Assembly: GCA_044866005.1 (NCBI GenBank)
Contig: JBIOTN010000162.1
Span: 1 to 56,350 of the forward strand
Source of the DNA: Candidatus Rokuibacteriota bacterium
GTDB lineage: Bacteria; Methylomirabilota; Methylomirabilia; Rokubacteriales; DASRDR01
Length of the DNA stretch: 56,350 bases
Reading direction: 5' to 3'
Part shown: positions 47,265 through 56,350 of the stretch, one piece after another
Layout: the number at the start of each line of letters is the position of its first letter
How positions within the stretch are numbered: position 1 is the first letter of the stretch
Notes under the pieces: model-generated
The model's database searches: none
What the model saw: only the letters and a program-made list of their open reading frames with translations
What the model was told of the DNA's origin: nothing
Translations under genes and position numbers: made by a program

Positions 47265-47558
47265 CTACTTCTTGGCGCCGAGGATCGCGTCCTTCATGGC
47301 CTTCGCCACGCGGAACCGCACGACGCGCTTGGCGGGGATCTTGATCGGCTCGCCCGTCTGCGGGTTGCGGCCCATCCGCGCCTTCCGGTTCGAGAGCACG
47401 AGCTTGCCGAAGCCGGGGACGATGAAGCCGGTCTTCTTGGCCTCCTTGACGGCGAGCGACTGGAACTCTTCCATGAGACCCGTGACCTGCTTCTTGGTCA
47501 GGCCGCACTTCTCGGCAAGGCTGGAGACGACTGCAGACTTGGTCATCATCTTCGCCAT
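47265..47558 (-). CDS. hup: HU-family nucleoid DNA-binding protein
   Basis: MTKS, PGFGKL, RKARMGRNPQTGEPIKIPAK; AGGAGG RBS. Confidence 0.93.
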   Translation of the reverse strand: MAKMMTKSAVVSSLAEKCGLTKKQVTGLMEEFQSLAVKEAKKTGFIVPGFGKLVLSNRKARMGRNPQTGEPIKIPAKRVVRFRVAKAMKDAILGAKK

Positions 47559-47571
47559 GGACTCCCTCCTC

Positions 47572-48939
<1,368 letters not shown>

Positions 48940-48948
48940 TGCCGGCTC

Positions 48949-50178
48949 CTATCCGGCCGCCGCGAGGGGGGCCAGGCGGGCGTGGGAGGGCGGCGGCGTC
49001 CTGACCAGGCCGGTCGCGTCCACGCAGGCCGCCACACGCGCCCGCAGGGGGTCGGGCACGAAGCCCGGGCGCCCCACGAACTCGGGATAGATCGCCAGCC
49101 GCTCGCGCAGGCGATAGCCCGCCGCCGCCGTGGCGGCCTCGAGGGCCGTGATCTGGGGCCAGGGCGCCTCGGGGTTGATGTAGTCGATCGTGAGGGGAGA
49201 GATCCCCCCCCAGTCGTTGAGCCCGGCGGCGATCAAGCCGGGGTACGTCCCGGGCGAGAGGTTCGGCGGCGCCTGGACGTTCATCGCCGGCCCGAGGAGC
49301 AGGCGCGCGACCGCGATCGTCCGGCGCAGCTCGTCGAGATCCGGCTCGGGGTGCCGCGCCATCGGGATGCCGGCTTTGGCCCGGAAGTTCTGGACGATGA
49401 CCTCCTGCACGTGGCCGTAGCGGGCGTGGACGTCGCGGATCGCGAGCAGCGCCTCGACGCGCTCGGCCCGCGTCTCCCCGATGCCGATCAGGATGCCGGT
49501 CGTGAAGGCGACGCCGAGCCGGCCGGCGGTCTCGAGGGTACGCAGCCGGAGGCGCGGGCGCTTGTCGGGCGCCCGCTCGTGAGGCCCACCCGGCGCGGCG
49601 AGCCGCTGGGCGGCCGTCTCCAGCATGAGGCCCACGCTGACGTTGGTCTCGCGCAGGACCACGAGGTCGCGCTCGCTCATGAGCCCCGGGTTCGCGTGGG
49701 GCAGGAGGGAGGTCTCCGCGACGATGGCGCGGCAGGCGGCCGCGAGGTAGTCCATCGTCGTCCGGTAGCCCCGCGCGCGGAGCCAGGCCCGGTGCTCCGG
49801 GAAACGGGCCTCGGGCTTGTCCCCCAGGCTGAGGAGGGCCTCCTTGCAGCCCAGCCGCGCGCCGGCGCGGCACACCTCGAGCATCTGGTCGAGGCTCATC
49901 GTGTGGGCGCCGGACTGCCCCGGATCGCGCTTGAAGGTGCAGTAGCCGCAGTCGTCGCGGCAGAGGTTCGTCAGCGGGAGGAAGACCTTGCGCGAGTAGG
50001 TGATCGTCCGGCCCTTGCCCGCGTCCCGCATGGCGGCGGCGGTCTCGAGGATCGCCGGCAGCTCGGCGGGTGACGCGTCGATGAGGGCGACGCCGTCGGC
50101 GGGATCGAGCGCCCGCCCGGCCATCGCGCGATCGAGCGCCCGGGCGACCGGGGGCGTGAGCGTGGCCCGTCCGGTCAC
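48949..50178 (-). CDS. cofG: FO synthase subunit 1 (radical SAM)
   Basis: TYSRKVFLPLTNLCRDDCGYCTF, PHANPG, QAPPNL, DWGGISP..NPEAPWP. Confidence 0.95.
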   Translation of the reverse strand: MTGRATLTPPVARALDRAMAGRALDPADGVALIDASPAELPAILETAAAMRDAGKGRTITYSRKVFLPLTNLCRDDCGYCTFKRDPGQSGAHTMSLDQMLEVCRAGARLGCKEALLSLGDKPEARFPEHRAWLRARGYRTTMDYLAAACRAIVAETSLLPHANPGLMSERDLVVLRETNVSVGLMLETAAQRLAAPGGPHERAPDKRPRLRLRTLETAGRLGVAFTTGILIGIGETRAERVEALLAIRDVHARYGHVQEVIVQNFRAKAGIPMARHPEPDLDELRRTIAVARLLLGPAMNVQAPPNLSPGTYPGLIAAGLNDWGGISPLTIDYINPEAPWPQITALEAATAAAGYRLRERLAIYPEFVGRPGFVPDPLRARVAACVDATGLVRTPPPSHARLAPLAAAG

Positions 50179-50603
50179 GCCGTCGCGCTCCACGCGATCA
50201 CGCGCTCGGGCGTGATCTTGATCATGAGTCCGGCCTCGGGCAGCGGCATCGTCGTGTACTGGGGATACTTCGCCCCGAGGAGCCCGCGCGCCGTTTCCCA
50301 TTCCGGGCCGCGGGAGATGAGCTCGGCTCGGCCCTGCACCATGACGTAGCGGAGCTTCCGCCAGTCCTCCTCGTAGTGATCGATCAAGAGCGCGACACGG
50401 GGGTTCGCGTGGATGTTCCGCACCCGCCGGAGGCGCTCGGGCGGCGTGCGCTTGGGCTTCTCGTCGATGGCCGAATAGTACGCGCGGCCGTCCGTCGCGT
50501 AACAGACGGGCACGAGGTGCGGATGCCCGGTCTCGTCCACCGTGGCCAGCCGCGCCACGCGACTCTCGGTGGTCAGGGTCGCGAGCGCGGCGGCGCGCGT
50601 CAT
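50175..50603 (-). CDS. PPOX-class putative F420-dependent enzyme (Rv0121-like)
   Basis: VARLATV..PHLVPV, IDEKPK, LRRVRNI, DHYEEDW. Confidence 0.88.
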   Translation of the reverse strand: MTRAAALATLTTESRVARLATVDETGHPHLVPVCYATDGRAYYSAIDEKPKRTPPERLRRVRNIHANPRVALLIDHYEEDWRKLRYVMVQGRAELISRGPEWETARGLLGAKYPQYTTMPLPEAGLMIKITPERVIAWSATA

Positions 50604-51583
50604 CGCGGCGCCCGCGCTACTCTCGGCCGGACCTCCTCGGCGAAGCGTTCCATGGTCTCCACCATGGCCTTCGGGTCCTGCTCGGTGAAATCGAAGACGA
50701 AGAAGCCGACCCCCGCGCGCTGGTACGCCTGGATGTCCTGGATCACCTTCTTCGCGGGCCCGCGGAGCGGGCTGCCCTGGACCAGCGCCCCGCCCTTTCC
50801 CGCGGGGGGCCGGCGGCGCGAGGGCCAGACCTCGACGGGCGCCCGGAACGTCAGCCGCACCGCGTCCGGCGACCGCCCTGCCCGCGCGGCGTGGGCGCGG
50901 ACCTCCCCCGCCTTGGCCGCATACTCCTCGGGGCTGAGTCCGACGGGCCCCCGCAGCCCGATGGGGTGCCAGCCGTCCCCCAGCTCGCCGGCGCGGCGGA
51001 TCGCGGCCGGCGTGTGGCCGCCGATCCAGAGCGGCGGGTGGGGCTTCTGGACGGGCTTCGGGAGCAGGGTCACGTCGCTGACCTGGTAGTACTTCCCCGA
51101 GAAGCGCGGCTCCTCCTTGGTCCACAGCTCCTTCATCAGGCGCAGATACTCGTCGGTCACCGCGCCGCGCTCGGCGAACGGCGGCGCCGCGAGCGCCTGG
51201 AACTCCTCGGGCCACCAGCCGACCCCGCAGCCGAGGATCACGCGCCCGCCCGAGATGGCGTCGAGCGTCGCGATCTGCTTGGCGGTGACCACGGGGTTCC
51301 GGTACGGGACCACCAGCACGCTGACCCCGACCCGGATCCGGCGGGTCGCGGCCAGGATCCAGGCCATCAGCGTGAGGGGCTCGAGGTAATCCTGGCGCGA
51401 GCCGCCGGGCAGCTCACCGTTCGGGCTGTACGGATACGGCGCCGAGCTCTTCGTCGGCAGCACGACGTGATCCGAGACGGTCACGCAGGCGTAGCCCAGG
51501 GCCTCCGCCTTCCGGGCCAGACGGAGAAGGATCGCCGGCTTGGCGAGGGGTCCTCGGCTGGGGAGGGAGAAGCCGAACTCCAC
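50600..51583 (-). CDS. LLM-class putative F420-dependent oxidoreductase
   Basis: VSDHV, RNPVVTAKQIATLD, GVGW..EEF, PKPVQKPHPPLWIGG. Confidence 0.9.
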   Translation of the reverse strand: MEFGFSLPSRGPLAKPAILLRLARKAEALGYACVTVSDHVVLPTKSSAPYPYSPNGELPGGSRQDYLEPLTLMAWILAATRRIRVGVSVLVVPYRNPVVTAKQIATLDAISGGRVILGCGVGWWPEEFQALAAPPFAERGAVTDEYLRLMKELWTKEEPRFSGKYYQVSDVTLLPKPVQKPHPPLWIGGHTPAAIRRAGELGDGWHPIGLRGPVGLSPEEYAAKAGEVRAHAARAGRSPDAVRLTFRAPVEVWPSRRRPPAGKGGALVQGSPLRGPAKKVIQDIQAYQRAGVGFFVFDFTEQDPKAMVETMERFAEEVRPRVARAPR

Positions 51584-51630
51584 GAGCGAACCTCCGGTCG
51601 GCGTGCGCCGGCCCCGCTTCACAGCGACCG

Positions 51631-51659
51631 ATCCTAAGCCGATTCCGGTCCGGACGCAA
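51631..51659 (-). promoter_or_regulatory. promoter TTGCGT-N17-TAGGAT for LLM-PPOX-cofGH operon
   Basis: consensus-like hexamers about 50 nt upstream of start. Confidence 0.5.
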
Positions 51660-51913
51660 GGGGCGAAAAATGGCGAACGACGCGCGCGCCCGCCTGGAAT
51701 GCGCGTGGAACGCGATTCGTCCCGCGGCTTCGCCGCGCGCCCGGCTCGCGCGCGGCGTGCGCTCGTCGGCCGCGGCGTGACGGGCCCCGCGGGGTCGACC
51801 GCAAAAGTTGACAAGGGGTCGCCTCCCATACGAACCTGACCTGCCCCGTTCCCACGCTCGATTCCGAAGGGAAAACGGCCTGTCCGTGCCGTCGGGGCAC
51901 CGAGGACAGCACG

Positions 51914-54900
51914 ATGGCGCTGGCCGAGCCGCAGCCCGCCCCCGGCCGGGACACGATCCTCCTCGTGGACCCGGACCGCGAGCTGGCCGCCGGGCTCCGC
52001 GGGTTCCTGGAGGCGCAGGGCTACTGCGCCGTCGCGGCGGCGACCGGCGCGGCGGCGCGGCAGCGGCTCCGGCAGCTGCCCGTGGCGGTCCTGCTGATCG
52101 ACCCCGCCCTGCCCGACGTGGACGGGATCGCGTTCATGCACGAGTCGCTCAAGCTCCCGTCGCCGCCGGACATCGTCGTGATCACGGAGCGCCCGTCCCT
52201 CGAGTCCGCCATCGCCGCCATCGAGGCCGGCGCCGCCGGCTACCTCCGGAAGCCGTTCGAGCCGAGCCGCCTGGGCGCCATCGTCGCGCGCGCCATCGAG
52301 CGCCGCACCGTCACGCAGGAGACCGGCCGTCTCAGCGCCGTGCTGGCCGACCGCCTGGCGCAGGCGGAGGCGCTCCTCGCCATCTCGAGCACCGTCGGCT
52401 CGACGCTCGACCTCTACGAGGCGCTGCGGCGGATTTCCCGGGAGCTGGTCCGACTCACGGGAGCGGACGCGGCGGCGGCGTTCCTTCGCGACGACGGCAG
52501 GGAGCAGCTCTCTCCGGCGGCGGCCTATCGCGTCCCGCAGGAGCTCCTGGACACCCTGCAGACCTGCGCCATTCCGCTCCACGGGCCCTGGCCGGGCGCG
52601 GAGCGCTCGGCCGACCGCCGTCCGGTGCACTCGGACGACGTGGGGCGCCATCCCCGGCTGGCGTCCGCGCTCTTCCCCGCCATCCCGCATCAGTCCGGCC
52701 TCTTCCTTCCGCTGGTCCTCGGCGACGAGGTCGCGGGCGCCTTCTACCTCGTCTGGTGGCGCGTCCGCCGCGCCTTCGCCGAGTCCGAGCTCGCGTCTCT
52801 CGAGCAGGTCAGCGGGCAGGCCGCCCTGCTCCTGCACAACGCGCGGCTCTATCAGCAGGCCGACCGCGACCGGCTTCTGCTCGAAACCCTCTACCAGGTG
52901 TCGCGGCGGCTCGCCGCGGTCCACGAGACCGACCAGATCCTCTCCCTGATCGTCAACGAGGCGAGCCGCCTCCTGCGCGCCGAGGGCGCCGGCATCCGGC
53001 TCGTCCAGGGAGACGAGCTGGTCCTGGCGGCCCGCAACGAGTCGGCCGCGCCCATCATGTCGCGCCCCCGCCTCAGGATCGGCGAGAGCCTGAGCGGCAT
53101 CGTCGTGGCCACGGGCGAGCCGGTCGCGGTGGAAGACCTCGCGGACGACACACGCTACGACCCGGCGCACAAGCGAAGCGCGGTCGAACGCGGCTTCCAC
53201 GGCTTTCTCGGCGTTCCCCTGCGGGCCCGCGGCCAGACGGTCGGCACGCTCAACGTCTACACCAAGGGGCGCCGGCGCTTCCTCCCCGAGGAGATCTCGC
53301 TCCTCTCGGGCTTCGCCGACCAGGCCTCGCTCGCGATCGAGAAGGGCGGGCTGCTCCGCGAGGCGGAGGAAGGGCGGCGGGCCGTGGAGGCCCGCGCGGG
53401 CAAGCTCACCGCGCTCAGCCGGCTGACCCGGCTCATCACCTCCGCCCAGGACAGCCGGGAGCTGTGCCAGGCCATCGCCAAGGCCGCCGCGACGCTCCTC
53501 GGTGCGGCCTGGGCCCGCGTGTGGGTCGCGAATCCGCTGGAACGCGTTCTCCGCGTCGCGGGGAGCTTCGGGCTCGACCCGGCGCTCGAGCGGGAGATGC
53601 TGCCCGCGCTCGGGTACGGCCAGGGCCTCGTCGGCCGCATCTTCGAATCGCAGGTGCCGGAGTTCATCGAGGACGTCCAGCAGGATCCCCGCTGGCGGAA
53701 CCAGCGATTGGCCCGGGATGCCGGGTTCCACGCCCACGCCGGCATCCCGCTCGTCACGGGTGACCGCGTCGTCGGCGTCCTGTCGCTGCTCTTCGGCGAG
53801 CGGCGCGGCTTCCTCGCCGAGGAGCAGGAATTGATGGGCTTGCTGGCCGACCACGCGGCGATCGCGATCGACAAGCTCAAGCTCTACGAGGAAGCGGAGA
53901 CACAGCGGACGCGCCTCCGCCTCATCTTCGACTCGACCTCGGACGGCATCGTCCTGCTGGGCCGCGACGGCCGCGTGGAGGCCACCAACCGCCGGGCCGC
54001 GGAGCTGCTCGGGTTCGAACCCGCCCGGATCGTGGGGATCGGGCTCAGCGAGCTCCTCGCCGGGCAGTTCGAGGCGCCGGGCGATTACGAGCGGCTGGTG
54101 ACCCTGCTCCGCGTCCTGGTCCAGGATCCGGAGCGCGGCGGTCAAGGGGACATCGAGGTCATGCTCCCCGTGCGGCGCATCCTCCACTGGGTCGGCCGGC
54201 CGACGCGCAACGCCGCCGGCACGGCGATCGGCCTCACCCTCACCTTCCAGGACGTCACCGAGGAGCGCAAGGTCAGCCAGATGAAGTCGGACTTCGTCTC
54301 CTTCGTGACCCACCAGCTCCGCACGCCGCTCGCCGGCATCAAGTGGCTGCTCGAGCTGGCGACGCAGGGCGACGAGCCGCCGGACGTCATCCGCTCCTAC
54401 ATCGACGACGCGCGACAGTCCAACGAGCGGCTGATCCGCCTCGTCAACGACCTGCTCAACGTCTCGCGGCTGGAAAGCGGAAAGCTCACCGTGGTCCCGC
54501 AAGCCACGCACCTGGGCGAGCTGACGGGGAGCGTGGTGGACGAGCTGGAGAGCCTGGTCCGGGAGCAGGGTCACCGGCTGTCGGTGTCGGGGGCGGAGGC
54601 GGTGCCGACGGTCACGGCGGATCCCCAGCTGCTCCGGCAGGTGATCCTCAACCTGGTCTCGAACGCGATCAAGTACACGCGCCATGGCGGATCGATCGCC
54701 ATCCGCATGAGCGCGCACGGCGGTCGCGTCCGCTGGGCCATCCAGGACAGCGGCATCGGGATCCCGAAAGAGGCGCAGCGCCGCCTGTTCGAGAAGTTCT
54801 TTCGCGCGGACAACGTCCTGTCGGTGGAGACCGAAGGCACGGGGCTGGGGCTCTACCTCGTGCGGCTCATCGTGGAGCAGTTCGGCGGGCAGATCTGGTG

Positions 54901-54967
54901 CGAGTCCGAAGAAGGGCAGGGGGCGACCTTCATCTTCACCCTGCCGCTGGCCGGCGAACGGCCATGA
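51914..54967 (+). CDS. cytoplasmic sensor histidine kinase REC-GAF-GAF-GAF-PAS-HisKA-HATPase
   Basis: N-terminal receiver (KPF), three GAF-like repeats, HQLRTPL, NAIKYT, DSGIG, GTGLGL. Confidence 0.92.
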   Translation: MALAEPQPAPGRDTILLVDPDRELAAGLRGFLEAQGYCAVAAATGAAARQRLRQLPVAVLLIDPALPDVDGIAFMHESLKLPSPPDIVVITERPSLESAIAAIEAGAAGYLRKPFEPSRLGAIVARAIERRTVTQETGRLSAVLADRLAQAEALLAISSTVGSTLDLYEALRRISRELVRLTGADAAAAFLRDDGREQLSPAAAYRVPQELLDTLQTCAIPLHGPWPGAERSADRRPVHSDDVGRHPRLASALFPAIPHQSGLFLPLVLGDEVAGAFYLVWWRVRRAFAESELASLEQVSGQAALLLHNARLYQQADRDRLLLETLYQVSRRLAAVHETDQILSLIVNEASRLLRAEGAGIRLVQGDELVLAARNESAAPIMSRPRLRIGESLSGIVVATGEPVAVEDLADDTRYDPAHKRSAVERGFHGFLGVPLRARGQTVGTLNVYTKGRRRFLPEEISLLSGFADQASLAIEKGGLLREAEEGRRAVEARAGKLTALSRLTRLITSAQDSRELCQAIAKAAATLLGAAWARVWVANPLERVLRVAGSFGLDPALEREMLPALGYGQGLVGRIFESQVPEFIEDVQQDPRWRNQRLARDAGFHAHAGIPLVTGDRVVGVLSLLFGERRGFLAEEQELMGLLADHAAIAIDKLKLYEEAETQRTRLRLIFDSTSDGIVLLGRDGRVEATNRRAAELLGFEPARIVGIGLSELLAGQFEAPGDYERLVTLLRVLVQDPERGGQGDIEVMLPVRRILHWVGRPTRNAAGTAIGLTLTFQDVTEERKVSQMKSDFVSFVTHQLRTPLAGIKWLLELATQGDEPPDVIRSYIDDARQSNERLIRLVNDLLNVSRLESGKLTVVPQATHLGELTGSVVDELESLVREQGHRLSVSGAEAVPTVTADPQLLRQVILNLVSNAIKYTRHGGSIAIRMSAHGGRVRWAIQDSGIGIPKEAQRRLFEKFFRADNVLSVETEGTGLGLYLVRLIVEQFGGQIWCESEEGQGATFIFTLPLAGERP

Positions 54968-55344
54968 CCACGGCAACCAAGCGCGTGCTGGTCGTGGAGG
55001 ACGATCGGTTCCTGCGCCGGGCCTGCGAGGCGAGCCTCCGGCAGCGCGGGTTGACCGTCCTGACCGCCGTGGACGGTGAGGAGGGGTTGCGGCTGGCGCG
55101 GGTCGAGGCCCCGGACCTGATCCTGCTCGATCTCTTGATGCCGAAGGTGACGGGCCTCGAGATGCTGCGCGCGCTCCGCGCCGAGGAGGCGACGCGCGAC
55201 ATCCCGGTGCTGGTCCTCTCGAACTCCTCACGTCAGCAGGACATCGACGAGGTGACGCGACTCGGGGTCGTCGGCTATTTCGTGAAGGCCGACCTGTCGC
55301 TACGGGAGCTGGGCGACCGGGTCGCCGGGCTGCTGAGGGCCTGA
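54964..55344 (+). CDS. single-domain response regulator
   Basis: VLVVEDD, LLDLLMP; ATGA overlap. Confidence 0.9.
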   Translation: MTTATKRVLVVEDDRFLRRACEASLRQRGLTVLTAVDGEEGLRLARVEAPDLILLDLLMPKVTGLEMLRALRAEEATRDIPVLVLSNSSRQQDIDEVTRLGVVGYFVKADLSLRELGDRVAGLLRA

Positions 55345-55345
55345 C

Positions 55346-55723
55346 GTGGCCTCCCGCGACTCCCGCGACGAGGCCGTCGCGCCCGTCCACCTGCCGCAGC
55401 TCCGTGCCACGCGCGCCGACATCGGCGACCTGTCGGTGTTCCGCGAGCTGATCGGCATCTTTCTCGTCGACGCGCCGGAGCACGTCGAGACGGTGCGCCG
55501 GGCCGCCGCGGTCGGCGACGCGGACGCCGTGAAGCTCGCCGCGCACACCCTCAAGGGGAGCAGCGGCTACGTCGGGGCGCGGGGCCTGGTCCGGATCTGC
55601 CAGGAGCTGGAAGACGCCACGGGCTCGGCGCCGCCCCCGCCGGCGCTGGTGGCGCAGCTCGAGGCGGAGCTCGCGCGCGTCCGGGTCGTGCTGGAGCGCG
55701 AGCTCCGAGAGAACGCGCCATGA
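55346..55723 (+). CDS. Hpt phosphotransfer protein
   Basis: AAHTLKGSSGYVGA. Confidence 0.88.
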   Translation: MASRDSRDEAVAPVHLPQLRATRADIGDLSVFRELIGIFLVDAPEHVETVRRAAAVGDADAVKLAAHTLKGSSGYVGARGLVRICQELEDATGSAPPPPALVAQLEAELARVRVVLERELRENAP

Positions 55724-56289
55724 AGATTCTCATCGCCGAAGACGAACCCGTCGCCCGCCAGTTCCTCGCCTCGACCCTGCAGAAGCTCGGGCACGAGGTC
55801 GTGGCGGCGTCCAACGGCCGCGACGCCTGGGAGGCCTTCCAGCGGGAAGCCTTCGCCGTCGTCATCTCGGACTGGATGATGCCGGAGCTCGACGGTGTCG
55901 AGCTCTGCCGGCGCATCCGCGTCGCCGACCGGACGAAGTACAGCTACATCATCCTGGTGACGGCCCTGAGCGGCCGGAGCCGGTACCTGGAAGGGATGGA
56001 CGCCGGCGCCGACGATTTCCTCATCAAGCCTCTCGCGCTCGACGAGCTGCGGGTGCGCCTGCGCGTCGCCGAGCGCATCCTCGGGCTCCAGGCGGAGGTG
56101 AAGCAGCTCGAGGGGCTCTTGCCGATCTGCTCGTACTGCAAGCGGATCCGCGACGAGCACGACGCCTGGACGCGGCTCGAGGCGTACATCACGAGCCGGA
56201 CGGACGCCACCTTTACCCACGGCATCTGTCCGGAGTGCCGGGACACGCACGTCAAGCCGGAGCTGGATCGCCTCAAGCGCGGCGGCTGA
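55720..56289 (+). CDS. response regulator with C-terminal Cys-rich (zinc-ribbon-like) domain
   Basis: ILIAEDE, SDWMMP, KP; LPICSYCKRIRD..THGICPEC. Confidence 0.9.
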   Translation: MKILIAEDEPVARQFLASTLQKLGHEVVAASNGRDAWEAFQREAFAVVISDWMMPELDGVELCRRIRVADRTKYSYIILVTALSGRSRYLEGMDAGADDFLIKPLALDELRVRLRVAERILGLQAEVKQLEGLLPICSYCKRIRDEHDAWTRLEAYITSRTDATFTHGICPECRDTHVKPELDRLKRGG

Positions 56290-56294
56290 GGTCA

Positions 56295-56321
56295 TCGAAG
56301 GGGGGCTGCGCCCCCCTCCGA
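56295..56321. repeat. REP-like palindrome copy
   Basis: TCGAAGGGGGGC-TGC-GCCCCCCTCCGA just after the stop codon. Confidence 0.7.
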
Positions 56322-56350
56322 GCCGCCCCCCGAGGTTGCGCGGGCGGTGC

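Noticed and set aside
50600..55546. 1648-aa minus-strand ORF
   Set aside because: Only the last ~327 aa (LLM enzyme) are real; the rest is the antisense shadow of the kinase operon in GC-rich DNA

Overview
Very GC-rich bacterial chromosomal segment, densely coding (about 55 genes), with no recognisable rRNA, tRNA, CRISPR array or transposase. Gene style and content resemble Ca. Rokubacteria/Methylomirabilota, but that is inference. In order: putative 2-aminoethylphosphonate-type ABC transporter plus FAD oxidoreductase; MFS transporters; a small Cys-rich metallothionein-like ORF and a cytochrome c; a frameshifted ThDP enzyme and an amidohydrolase; two orphan ribbon-helix-helix proteins; a GcvT-family amine dehydrogenase; a Liv-type ABC system with a permease-ATPase-ATPase fusion; a long minus-strand run of citrate synthase, aconitase, PrpF, a MidA-like methyltransferase, two short methionine-synthase-family proteins and a MetF-MetV fusion; TusA with an IscS homologue whose PLP lysine is replaced by Asp; an apparently complete coenzyme F420 locus (cofG, cofH, cofD, fused cofC-cofE, npdG/fno, LLM and PPOX enzymes); and a four-gene phosphorelay. 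Non-coding signals include a REP-like palindrome family, a 44-nt element present once intact and once split by an insertion, two candidate structured RNAs, and several apparently leaderless promoters. All calls are by eye from motifs; no database searches were run.
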